From Octopus sinensis (Eukaryota), in assembly GCF_006345805.1 (NCBI RefSeq), contig NC_043003.1, positions 13,702,001-13,766,000 of the forward strand: a DNA stretch of 64,000 nt, read 5' to 3'. The notes under the pieces are model-generated. The model saw only the letters and a program-made list of their open reading frames with translations. It was not told where the DNA came from and made no database searches. Position 1 is the stretch's first letter, and the number at the start of each line of letters is the position of its first letter. Positions 36,908-49,480 of the stretch are shown in pieces. The translations under genes were made by a program, and so were the position numbers.

Positions 36908-37591
36908 TGAGGAAATGACTAGAGACCGAGACCTCTGGAAGTGTGCTGTGCGCGAGAAGACCCGGCAGGACAAGTGAGTCCACAACCCGTGGCCTTCTAC
37001 ATGGGATGGAGCCAGCCTACGTATGCATACCTTCCCTTCTTGGGACACAAAACTCTACTTGTGAAGACGTGTTGAGGCAAGTGAGGATCAGAATCGAAAT
37101 CGATCAATGGAAATTGCGGATGTGCTACCAGTGCCGGTGGCATGTCGAAACTCTGCTTGTGAAGACCCATTGAGGCAAGTGAGGATCAGAATCGAAATCG
37201 ATCAATGGAAATCGATCAATGGAAATTGCAGATGTGTTACCAGTGCCGGTGGCATGTAAAAGAACTTTCCGTTTCGCGACCGTTGCCAGCACCGCCCCGT
37301 TTCGTGTCCGTTGCCAGCCTCGCCTGGCCCTCGTGCCGGTGGCACATAAAAAGCACCATCCGTTCGTGGCGTTTGCCAGCTCTGTCTGGCACCAGTGCGG
37401 GTGGCACGTAAAAAGCACCCACTACACTCACGGAGTGGTTGGCGTTAGGAAGGGCATCCAGCCGTAGAAACACTGCCAGATTTGACTGGGCCTGATGAAG
37501 CCTTCTGGCTTCACAGACCCCAGTAGAACCGTCCAACCCATGCTAGCATGGAAAACGGACGCTAAATGATGATGATGATGATGATGATGAT
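36908..37591 (+). mobile_element. Young RTE LINE, second 5'-truncated copy
   Basis: Matches 11834-12509 with about 7 differences in ~660 nt. Confidence 0.9.
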
Positions 37592-37798
37592 GGCCTGGGC
37601 TATATAATAGAAGATATTTGGCTGAGGTGCCATTAAGTGGGATTGAACCCAAGACTAAATGGTTGGGAAGCGAGCTTCTCAACCATACAGCCACACCTGC
37701 ACCTGTTATATAGTCGTATAAATAACCACACCAGTCTTAATGTACACAGAGACAAGTATGTTTCGGTGCTATGTTCCATTTCTTGACATTATTCACAC

Positions 37799-37900
37799 CT
37801 TTATTGAGAAAAAGTGTGCAAATCCTTAGAGAATTCTCTTGTCGGAAATATAAAGGGCCTGACAAGGATACACTTATGTTGTGCTCAGAATTTAGAAAGT
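37799..37900 (-). CDS. Candidate 102-nt phase-1/phase-1 exon (DFLNSEHNISVSLSGPLYFRQENSLRICTLFLNK)
   Basis: Pyrimidine-rich ..TTTTCCACAG acceptor, AAG|GTGTGA donor, only one open frame, unique sequence; no homolog recognised. Confidence 0.25.
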
Positions 37901-37989
37901 CTGTGGAAAACCCAATTGAAACAATGAAAGGAAATCAAAAAGGTGTTTTAATCTCAGATCACAACCAAGAACAAGGTCATGTGCATATA

Positions 37990-38285
37990 AACTGGCATTC
38001 CATTGGTTACGACGACAAGGGTTTCAACTGGTCTGATTGATAGAACAACCTACTCATGAAATTAATGTACAAGTGGCTGAGTACTCCACACACATGAGTA
38101 CCCTTAAAATACAGTCTTCAAGGAAATTAAGCATGACATAGAATGGGACAAGGCTGGCCCTTTGAAATACTACTCATTTTTACTGGATGAGTGGACCGGA
38201 GCAACATGAAATAAAGTGTCTTACTCAAAGACACAACGCACGATCTTATAATCAAGAGCTGAATACTCTAACCATTAAGCCATAT
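37990..38285 (-). mobile_element. SINE-C-type core joined to module H, diverged
   Basis: Module H plus GAGTGGACCGGAGCAAC..AAGTGTCTTACTCAA core. Confidence 0.65.
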
Positions 38286-38462
38286 ATCTTTACTAATATG
38301 CATAGATGATGGATCTAAAAGAGACTACCTTAAAAACCCGAAAGCTTATAAGCAAAGCAAAGCAGATGAGAGTATTTACTGTACAACATATGTCATAAAT
38401 CACAGAAGCCCGTCCTTCTTGTAGCCATCTCATGTTTATGTTGAGTCAGATGGTTGCATTAA

Positions 38463-38945
38463 CCCTTTAGCAATCAGATTACTCTGTCAAATGTAAGGCT
38501 TATTTATTCACATTGTTTTGAATTAATGATGCATTATCTTATGGTTTTGAGATTTGGATGGTGTGATTGTTCATTTTTAGCATGCTATTGTAGGGTAGAT
38601 GTAAGAGGCTGGATCTGGCCAGTTTAAACATATAATCCTTCGTAGCATTCAGATTACTCTGTCAAACACATTTATTTATTTTTTACTTTTATTTTATCTA
38701 GTTACAGCTCACAAGCTGTGGCCATGCTGGGGCACCGCCATTTATTTATTTATTTATTCGCATTGTTTTGAATTAATCATGCATTAACTCGTGGATTTGA
38801 GGTTAGGGTGATGTGATTGTTCATTTTTAAAATGACTTGTTGGGTATGTATGAGAGGCTGGATCAGGCTAGTTTAGATTTTAAAAAACCCAAAAAAACAT
38901 GCAGAAAATTTTGGCTGAATACATCCAATTTAAACAGTGAAAGGG
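38463..38945. mobile_element. Two nested or tandem MITE-E copies, the second interrupted by a 59-nt retroposed tail
   Basis: TAGCA(A/T)TCAGATTACTCTGTCAAA at 38468 and 38643; insert 38681-38739 flanked by ATTTATTTATT. Confidence 0.7.
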
Positions 38946-39906
38946 TTAATTCTTTGCTTGTGATTACAAAAGGCTGATTCAAAAGTTTTCTGGATAAACA
39001 TTTATTAGTCATAGAAACTACACTAGGTCACTTAGTACAACTAATTTTTTTTTATAGCACTACCCCACCCACGCCTCTTAAAACACAAACGCACACACTA
39101 CAGGCAGTTGAGTAAGAAACTTGAACCTTCACCAGTCCTGGCACGATGTACTACTTTTTACTGCTCAATAATCTTCAATTCATTAAATGTCACTTGCCTC
39201 TTTTTACCAAAAGTTTCTGCTGCTTACAGCATAATACTTAAAGCTTACAGAGGTTTCTGTATATTTCCTCTTGCTAATTACCCCAAACCTCATTTACAGT
39301 GCCATTTAATGCATGCACATGGACACATAATGTAATATACAATTTAAATCATAGAATAATGTTGGCACTCGTATTTATGATAGACATTACAGTTTACCGT
39401 AAACTTCCTAGGCTTCAACGTAATCAATAACAACAGGCAGTTAATGTAACATATTTTGTTCTTATTTCATTACACTTACCGCTGATAGTAAATTTGAAAA
39501 GCTACATAGCTATCTCCAAATCTATAACATTACTGGCAAAATTCAATTGTAGCTGATGACAAAAGTTTGATTACAGAGAGAGGTGGAAGGAGAAAAAGTG
39601 GTACAGGATCGACATTTACAAGATTCGTTTAACTTTTGCATAACCTCACCAGGATGTTTTGAATCGAGACAAATATTGCGATGAAAAGAAAAGGATTAAC
39701 CCTTTCGCTACGGTGTTCATTCTTTTGTTTCTTTTACTTGCTCTTCAGTCATTGGACTGTGGCCATTCTGGAGCATCATTTTTGAAGTTTAGGCAAACAA
39801 ATCAACCCCAGTCTCATACTTATTCTATTGCTCTTTTGCTGAGCTGCTAGGTGAAGAGACTGGCAGCAGTTGCCAGGTGGTGGTGGGTAGAGGTATTAAA
39901 CAGGAG

Positions 39907-40141
39907 GCGGTGAGCTGGCAGAAACGTTAGCACGCCGGGCGAAATGCTTTGCAGTATTTCGTCTCTCGTTACATTCTGAGTTCAAATTCCGCCGAGGTCA
40001 ACTTTGCCTTTCATTCTTTCGGGGTCGATAAATCAAGTACCGGTTACGCACTAGGGTCGATGCAATCGACTTAATACCTATGTCTGTCCTTGTTTGTCCC
40101 CTCTATGTTTAGCCCCTTGTGGGTAGTAAAGAAATAGGTAT
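39907..40141 (+). mobile_element. SINE-B, full length
   Basis: GCGGTGAGCTGGCAGAAACGTTAG head, GAGTTCAAATTCC B-box, GTAAAGAAATAGGTAT end. Confidence 0.9.
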
Positions 40142-40234
40142 TAAACAGACTCAGTCACACACACAATTATATACACACATACATGTACATACACAATTAC
40201 ATAAATACACACGCATACTTACACATGCATATAC

Positions 40235-40469
40235 ATACCTATTTCTTTACTACCCACAAGGGGTTAAATACAGAGGGGACAAACAAGGACAGACAAACGG
40301 ATTAAGTCGATTATATCGACCCCAGTGTGCAACTGGTACTTATTTAATCGACCCCGAAAGAATGAAAGGCAAAGTCGACCGTGGCGGAATTTGAACTCAG
40401 AACGTAACGACAGACGAAATACAGCTACGCATTTCGCCCGGCGTGCTAACGTTTCTGCCAGCTCACCGC
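40235..40469 (-). mobile_element. SINE-B, full length, inverted partner of 39907-40141
   Basis: 23 mismatches over 235 nt by hand alignment. Confidence 0.9.
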
Positions 40470-43400
40470 ATATACATACATACACACGCACATGCTCACA
40501 CACACATACATTTACAATTGGCTTTCACATATTTCAATCTGCCAAATTCACTTGCAAGGCACTGGTCGGCCTGGAGCTACAGAAGACACTTGCCAAAAGG
40601 TGCCACACAGCAGGACTGAACCCAGAACCAAGTGGTTAGAAAGAGAGCTTCTTAACCACACAAACCTGCCCACAACAACACAGCCGCATCCAGATTGTTT
40701 TACACTGTATCTTCTCACAAGCAAACACAACACAACCAAGTGTGCAATGTTGTTCTAGATACAACGGAACAAGACATACTTGAAGTTGTGTACATGTGTG
40801 TGTGTATGTGTGTATGTGTGTGTAGGGGCACTCCAAGACATTTGATCAACTACCTTTGTGTCAGGAGTTTGGTTGAGCAAAAGTTACTCATTAGCATTTG
40901 GCAAATTGAAAATCAAGTTTCACTTTAGATCAACAATAACTGGAGACTTATTTATCAAACCTAACAAATTAGCAATTAAATATCTGTCAGAGAATTTTCT
41001 TTTCTGTTTTTGGTGATGATGATAAGCTATTTCCCAGTAAAATGACATGGGAATACATAAAGTTGGATATTTTCATTGCTATATAACCAAAAAAAATAAA
41101 TAAATAAATATAATAAAATAAACAAAATTTTCAATTTTTATAACGCTTAAGAATCACATCATCTAATGATCCATTTTCTTCGCCACAGCATTCTTTGAAC
41201 ATTTACCTCACATCACACACAAACAACCACCTGCGTCAACTCAACAAACCTGGAGGTGTTGTGTCGAAATCAAACCTCGCTAGTCATTTGGTTAAAATTA
41301 AAGATTTCCATAATAAATAAGAGAAGATGCTTAACCGTTTTGCTACCCAATTATTGTTGAAATACGTAACATTTGTTTCACTTAATTTGGAAAAGAATGA
41401 AGAATTTCCATGTAGAAAGCACCCAGAACACTTTTAAACTCTTTAGTGTTCAGATTACTCTGTTAAATGCAATAATTTTTCACTCAAATCGTTTTTAATT
41501 AATCATGCAATTCCCTATATCTTTGAGGTTTCAGTGATGTGATTTATTTTTAAAATGTCAATGTAGGTTAAGTGTGAGAGGTTAGATATCACCCATTTAA
41601 ATATAAAACATGTAGAATATTTGGGCCAAATATGGCCGGTTAAAGGGTTAAAGTGGTTGGCATAGGAAGGGCATCCAGCTGTATAAACCAAACCAAAGAC
41701 TGGAACTTGGTGCAGCTCTGGTCGAATCAACCAATCCATAGAGGACGGATGTTAAATGATGAATTTAGAAAATAGCTGCCATAATTAAGCTGGTATTAAT
41801 AACATGAAATTAACATGAAATTTTGATGAATGATTTTAATTTAGATTATTATAAAACTGTAAGGTTGTAGTATGGAACCAAGGTGGTGTCAAGCAAGTTT
41901 GGTATCATAAACGTTGATTGCTTCTTTTCAGCAAATTATGTAAAATTATGCAAAACAAATTTGCTACTGGACAAGAAACAAATCTTATCACAGGTAACTT
42001 TATTTTAATGTCTAAAACCTACCTGATGGCTGGATAAACTGAACATGCCTCAGACAATTTAATTAGGAGAGAAAAATAGGTACCAAAACCATCCCATGGC
42101 CAAGTGTTCGGTAAGCATTATGTCAATCATCTATCCAAAATACTATGTCAGAAAATTTGAATTTATAGATCTGTTCATTCATTTATCTGTTTTTCCAAGG
42201 TAGTATGGGTTGAAAAGGGATGTATTTGGGGGTGGATTTTACAGCCAGATGCTTTTCCTGTTACCAACCCCTACCTGGTTTGGTAACCTAGTTATTTTTC
42301 AAGAAAGGGATTATTTATTCTATAGGTCATCTTCAAAAACACAGTGACTGGTCAGTGTTAACAAAGGATGTAGATACCAGATCAGCATTTTGCTCAAGCA
42401 AGACTGTAGGGTGTCAACATTTGAATGTTGTGCACACATGCACATACATTGTTCTTTTACCTGGTTTAGTCACCAGAGTGTGACCATGCTGGAGCACCAC
42501 CTTGAAATGTTTAATTGAACAAATTGACTTTAGTACTTATTTTTGAAGTCTGTTACTTATTCCAATGTTCTCTTCTGCCAAACTAAGTTAGGGGGCATAA
42601 ATAAACTAACACCGGTTGTCATGCTGTGTAAGAAGCAAAGAGACATACATACATACATACCTACAAATATACATACACAAACATCCCTAGATACACACAC
42701 ACATGGAGTGGCTGGCGTTAGGAAGGGCATCCAGCTGTAGAAACTCTGCCAGACCAGATTGGAGCCTGGTGCAGCCACTGGCTCTCCAGACCTCAGTCAA
42801 ACCATCCAACCCATGCCAGCATGGAAAACAGACATTAATCAATGATGATGATGATATATATATATATATACAGACATACATTTACACACACACATATATT
42901 ACCCTTTACTCTTTTACTTGTTTCAGTCATTTGACAGCGGCCATGCTGGAGCATCATGATGGACTTCTAGACAATCTTCATCTATCAAATTCACTCACAA
43001 AGAATTTGGTCAGCTAGGGGCTACAATAGCAGACAAGTTGCCACATAGTGGGACTGAACCTGGAACCATGCAGTTGAGAAGCAAGCTTCTTAGTCATAAC
43101 CATGCCTTTGCACCTATTTTACAAACCTATGATATATCACGAGGAAAAAGCTAAAAAAAAAAAAAAGAAAAGAAAGAAAAAAGAAAAACGAAGAATGAAA
43201 AGAAAAGAAACAGATTAAAGAATGTCATAAACAGGGTTACTGAATTAGATTTTTGAGGAGAAATTTCATGCACAGTCACTGGTGATATATTTTGCATGCA
43301 TTGATGGGTTTTTATCATTGTCAAAGAAATATGAACAACAACAACAACAAAAAAAGGGTAAGAATAAATAAATAAATAAAAAAAATAAAAGAGAGCTTGG

Positions 43401-43659
43401 AGGTGATGGCGGCTGGAGTGATCAAGCAAAGAAAATGGCTTTTAAAAAGTGCCCCCTCCGTTTACAATTTAATTTAGTTGAACAGTAGTACGCTTGGCAG
43501 ACAGCCATATCTTTTTGGCTATGAACTACTCAGATGATGTTATACGTAACATCAATGATAGTCTATAATTTGTATCATAAATTTGGGAAGTATAATTGAG
43601 CTGAGCCAGGAAAGTACAACTAAGAAAGGTTATTATAAATAATAATAATAATAATAATA

Positions 43660-45712
43660 ATAATGGTTTCAAAGTGTTGGCACAAGGCCAGCAAATTTAG
43701 TGGGAGGAGTTAAGTCAATTGATCGTACATCAACCCCAGTGCTCAACTAGTGCTTATTTTATCGATCCTAAAAGCTGACCTCGGCAGGGTTTGATCTCAT
43801 GACATAAAGAGCCGGAAGAGACGGTGCCAACAATGTTGTCCGATGTGCTAATGATTCTGCCAGCATGCCGCCCTAATAATTATTTCTTTCGAAATTTGGC
43901 ACAAGGCCAGCAACTTTAGAGGCAGGAGGTTAGTTAGTAGATTACACTGACCCCAGTACATGATAGTTACTTTATTTTATGAACCCGGAAAGGATGAAAG
44001 GCATAGTTGATCTGGGTGGGATTTGAACTCAGAATGTAAAGAACCAGAAGCATTTTGTCAGGCGTGCTAATGATTCTACCACCTTACATTATTAATACTA
44101 CTAATAATAACTTCTAAGACTACAAATTATGGGGGAGGAGGTATAGTCAAATCCTTAGGCAGGATTTGAACTCAGTGCATAAAAGAATGTAGGAGCAGGT
44201 GTAGCTGTGTAGTAAGAAGTTTGCTTCCCAACCACATGGCTCTGGGTTCAGCCCCATTGCATGACACCCAGAGTAAGTGGCTTCTACTATATAACCTCAG
44301 GTCAACCAATAGCTTTGTGAGTAGATTTGGTAGACAGAAACTAAATGAAGCATGTGTGCCCTTCTCTGTCCTCCACCACCACCACCACTTGACAACCAGT
44401 GTTGATGTGTTTACATCTCCATAAATTTAATATGTACTGGGGTCAAATCATTTGACTAGTAGTTTTCAAGGCAGTCCCCCAGTATGTGCTGCCCCTTTTT
44501 TTTATCATTAACAAATCTATTCAGCAACAAAGTGCACTTAAGCAGTGGGGGACACACCAAACCAGGCACAAACTGTGACCATAGCAACATATTCCTCCTC
44601 TGTTTGAGCATAATGTTACACAGGAGTTGAAGACCATTCGCGTTCCTACTTTTAATTTACATTATGTCTCAAGATCACTGATCTCAGCAAACACAATTTC
44701 CAGCTCGATATGGCTAAGGTGGTAGTAGTACTAATAATTATCGGAGCCCTGGGAACAGTGAGCAAAATTCTCGAGAAGTACATGGAACAAATAGGGGCTG
44801 CAATAAGAGTGGAGCACTTGCAGAAAACAGCACTGCTTGGAACTGCTCGAATACTCTGGAAGGTGCTTGAAAAATAAGAGTTGTTACCTTAGTTCACTGG
44901 TAGTGAGCAGCTGACACCATAATACATCTCCAGCATTAGAAGCTGTGCAAAGGCAAAGGCAATAATAATAATAATCTTTTCTACTATAGGCACAAGGCCT
45001 GAAATTTTGGGGGAGGTGGATAGTTGATTACATCAACCCCAATGCTCAACTGGTACTTATTTTACTGATCCTGAAAGGTTGAAAGGTAAAGTCTACCATG
45101 GCGGAATTTGAACTCAGAATGCAGCGACTGGCGAAATACTACTAAGCATTTTCTCAAGCGTGCTGACGATTCCGCCAGCTCACTATCTTAATAATAATAA
45201 TAATGATAATAGTGGTAGTAGTAGTAGTTTCAAATTTTGACACAAGGCCAGCAATTTTATGGGAGGGAAAGCTGAGAACATTGACCACACAGCTCTTGAG
45301 GTTGGCACTTTATTTTATTGATGCCAAAAGCATGAAAGGCAAAGCTGACCATGACAGGATCTGAACTCAGTGTGACGAGTCATCAGACATGCTGCAAAAC
45401 ACTTTTTACTGACATTAATGATTCTGCCAGCTTGTCATTTCATTATTATTATTATTATTATTGTTATTATCGTCATTATCATCAAGCCGACAGTGAGCTA
45501 GCAGAATTTTTAGCACGCAGAGCAAAAATGTTTAACAATATTTCATCCAGTTTTACATTCCAAGTTCAAATTCTATTGGGGTTGACTTTGCCTTTCATCC
45601 TTTCGGGGTTCAATAGAATAAGTATCAATTGAGCCCTGGGGGTCAATTTAACTGACTTTACCCTCTCAGAAATTGCTGGCCTTGTGCCAAAATTTGAAAC
45701 CATTATCATTAT
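43660..45712. mobile_element. Cluster of at least five SINE-B copies on (AAT)n tracts, with one SINE-A and the Dong fragment
   Basis: B copies at about 43665-43872, 43885-44085, 44975-45192 and 45226-45437 (minus) and 45487-45712 (plus); SINE-A at 44195-44485. Confidence 0.75.
44710..44975 (+). mobile_element. R4/Dong-clade LINE 3' fragment (restriction-like endonuclease C-terminus)
   Basis: 44716-44877 reads KVVVVLIIIGALGTVSKILEKYMEQIGAAIRVEHLQKTALLGTARILWKVLEK* (IGALG..LQK.ALLGTARIL motif); short UTR, then (AAT)n. Confidence 0.8.
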
Positions 45713-47404
45713 TGTTGTTGTTGTTATTCACTGTTCAAAATCCACCAAGGTTGACACTCCTTTCAATTTTCATCCTTCTAGCGTTGATGAATTAAATATG
45801 AGGAATAAATTGATGTTAATTCAACAGAGTGCACTTTTACAAATCTCTGGCCTGATAGTAACGTGAGAAGCCCTTCTCCTCATCATTGTTTTAGTCAAGT
45901 GCTGGTGTCGATTTTAAGCGATTGTTCCCCACCTCAAATTCATTTCCTTGGTCCTACATTGCTAATCATTACCTTTAACACGGTCATGCTCGTTTGTTGT
46001 GCTACACTTTTAGTAATGACATTTTATTTGCTCCACGCCTTTTGCCTGCATACATGCATACATGCATGTATGCATGCAGGCAGGAACACACGTACACAAA
46101 CTGCATGTGTGTGTGTGCACATGAAAAATGAATTAATCTGCACAGGAAAGAAGAGCAATGAAATTTAAAGCGAACACTCTCCATACAGGAAGAGGTTTAT
46201 GAGTGGTAAAGTGCCTGCTGGTTGCAGGAAAAAAATGGTCATCTCAAAAATATGGGGATGTGCAATGAATTCAAGGCACAAACATGGCTGCATGTGTGGT
46301 TTGAGCAGTTTGGACGGAACCATTCTGGCTTTTGGTTCAGTCCCACTGTGCAGCGTTACTTTGGATGAGAGAGAGAAAGAAAGAGAGAAGGGGATGAGGG
46401 AGAAAGCAAGAGAGTGGGAGAGAGAGAGAGATGCGCATAAGTGTGTCTATGTACACAACAGGTTTCTTTCGGTTTCCATCAACAAAACCCACTTACAAGG
46501 CTTTTTGGTCAGCCAAGGACTATAGTTGAAATCACACCCTTCTACCATCTTGAAGAAAACAGAATACACAGGACACACCCGGGTAAACTTGGGACAGTCA
46601 TTAGCTAGAACGCCTTCGATCATGGGTCTGCTTGGTCAGAGTTGATCAAGGGTAGGGTGGGGTTCGCTAAACACCAATAACCTTTCTTCTGTCTACAGAT
46701 ATTGATTTTCACCAGATCACATAATTAAAACAAACAGATATCATTGCGATTATGCAAAAGTGTCGTAAGTCCAAAGAGTTGCTTTTTCAGAAAACGAAAA
46801 AATAGTTCCACCATTCCATTCCTTTTTACATTAGCAACAGTTTCAGCTTAACAATAATACTTTGTTGGGTGCCTAAAGTTGTAACTCCATGCACGTATGA
46901 TATTTTCAGTCAGAAACAGTTTTGCAAAACTGTCGTATGCGGGACTTACTACACTTCTGAAAAATGCGAAACCGTTGCACTACAATTTGACGAATTTTGA
47001 TATCTTGACATCTGAAGCAGCTGGAGATAGGATCATTTGACCGAAGGAACTAGCTACTGCAAGCAAAATCAAATATTGAAAAGAAAAAAAAAAAACGTAT
47101 TTGCCTAAATTTGGACATATGACAGTTTAACATAATAGCAATGATATGAACTTTTAATTATCAACACATTTTAATTATTAACCAGCATCAAAATGGTATG
47201 GGTAATGGTAGATAGATAATCTGCTACCCACTCTTGCAAAGGTTGGCCTGGTCATTCAAAGAATTAGCCAAAGCACCACTGAACAATACACCAAAGCCAT
47301 TAAAAAAAGTCTTAAATTTACACTAAAATACTAACAGACTAATATATTTATATACATATATATGTATATGCGTGTGTGTGTGTGTGCGTGCATATATATA
47401 TATA

Positions 47405-47810
47405 TGAATGTATGTATGTCTACCGAATCCACTTACAAAGCTTTGAAGTTACCTTGATCTTCTATCTTTTACTTGTTTTAGTCATTAGACTGTGGCCATG
47501 CTGGGGCACCATCTTGAAGAATGTGTAGTCCAATGAATTGACCCCAGCACTTTTTTTTTCATAAGCCTAGTACTTATTCTATTGGTCACTTTTGCCGAAC
47601 CAATAAGTTATGGGGATGTAAACACAACAACACTGGCTTTCAAGTGAGAAACAAAAACACACTCACACACACGATGGGCTTCTTTCAGTTTCCATCAACC
47701 AAATCCACGCACAAGGCTATAGCAGAAGACATTTACCTAAGGCGCCACACAGTGGAACTGAACCCAGAACCATGTGGTTGGAAAGGAAGCTTCTCAACCA
47801 CACAATCACA
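47405..47810 (-). mobile_element. SINE-A, diverged or rearranged
   Basis: Family A tail, body and head on the minus strand. Confidence 0.7.
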
Positions 47811-48264
47811 CCGACACTTTACAAGGAACTGAATACATCTTTGCATAAATTTAATGGCATATATAATTATATCGATTTCCTTGAAATACAAACATAGACA
47901 CTGGCTATTTTTAATTAAATAGAAATTTTAACTGAGTTTATTTGAAGTGAATTAAAAGCAAGAAGACAGAATCTACTTTCGGTCGGATTTTATCGGAGCT
48001 GCAATGCTTGATATTAGGCAGTAACAATGTTGTTGTGCTACTGATTGTCAGGTTATTGTGCCCTCGACATATTGAAAGTCGGGCATTATAAAGTCACTTC
48101 ATGCCAATTTGCTTTATAAATAGTTAGTTGCACCTGCTGCACCAACAGTCAATTCATAACAAACATTGAAATCCGCAAACCGATTGTAATAGTGAAAACA
48201 TTTTGAAATTATATGAAGCCACTAAAGAGAGGGAGAAGAAAACAAAAAAATTTTTTTTTTAAAT

Positions 48265-48678
48265 TACTCTTTTGCTTGTTTCAGCCATTTGACTGTGGCC
48301 ATGCTGGAGCACTGTGTTTAGTTGAGCAAATCGACCCCAGGATTTATTCTTTGTAAGCCTAGTACTTATTCTATCGGTCTCTTTTGCCGAACCGCAAAGT
48401 TACAGGGACGTAAACACGCCAGCATCAGTTGTCAAGCGATGTTGGTGGGGGACAAACACAGATACACAAACATATACACACACATGTACATAAATATATA
48501 TATATACATATATACGATGGGCTTCTTTCAGTTTCTGTCAACCAAATCCACTCACAAGGCTTTGATTGGCCCGAGGCTATAGTAGAAGACACTTGCCCAA
48601 GGTGCCACGCAGTGGGACTGAACCTAGAACCATGCGGTTCGTAACCAAGCTACTTACCACACACCCACTCCTACGCCT
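48265..48678 (-). mobile_element. SINE-A, full length
   Basis: Complete family A layout. Confidence 0.9.
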
Positions 48679-48959
48679 AATGTAAATAATTAATTAAAAA
48701 GTAAATAATATTAAAAAAAGAAAAAAAGATTTATCACCATCATCATTTAATGTCCCTTTTTTCATGCTTGCGAGGGTCTGATGGAATTTATTGAGGTAGA
48801 TTTTCTACAGCTTGATACCGATCCTGTTCCCTATGCAAGGTAAAATTTCCTCAATGCCCGACTTGGTTTTCTTGGAGCCTGGAAACAAACAACTTTGATT
48901 GTCGGATGAGGATGCTCATCTACAACCATCATGTGATGTCATAATAGCTGGCCAACACC

Positions 48960-49480
48960 TTGCAATGGAAACTGTGTGGAAGTCTACTGTATATATACAT
49001 GTATGTGTGTGTGTTATGTGTGTAAACCTATTGTATATACATGTGTATGTATAAGCCTATTGTATATACATGTGTGTGTGTATCTATGAGCCTATTGTAT
49101 ATACATGTGCATGTGTGTGGATGTGCATGTGTGTGCGTGTGGCTGTGCATGCCTCTGTGTGTGGCTGTGCAAGTGTGTGTGTGTGTGGCTGTGCATGTGT
49201 GTGTGTGGCTGTGCATGTATGTGTGTGGCTGTGCATGTATGTGTGTGGCTGTGCATGTGTATGTGTGTGGCTGTGCATGTGTGTACCTGTGTTTGTTCCC
49301 CTCTACAGCTGGACTATAGTTGGTTTGTTTATGTCACAATAACTTAACAGTTTGGCAAAAAGAGTGTGACAGAATAAGTATCAAACTTGAAAACAAAAAA
49401 GTAAGTACTGCGGCTGGTTTGCTCAGCTAAAACCCTTCAAGGCAAGGCACCAGCATGGCCACAGTCTAATAAATGAAACC
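48960..49480 (+). repeat. Old SINE-A whose central microsatellite has expanded into minisatellites
   Basis: CCTATTGTATATACATGTG x3, then GTGTGGCTGTGCA x7 with variable (GT)n, then the normal SINE-A 3' body from about 49285. Confidence 0.7.

Noticed and set aside
37799-37900. Resemblance of LRICTLFLNKG to PI4K-gamma or LRR motifs
   Set aside because: Too short and no supporting neighbouring exons; likely coincidence.
39110-39240. Tigger/CENP-B-like N-terminal HTH relic (GKKRQVTFNELKIIEQ*KVVHRARTGEG)
   Set aside because: Weak similarity, in-frame stops, no TIRs found.
46756-46959. Short inverted repeat AAGTGT(C/A)GTAAGTCC, possible DNA transposon
   Set aside because: Only ~15 bp, no TSD, family not assignable.
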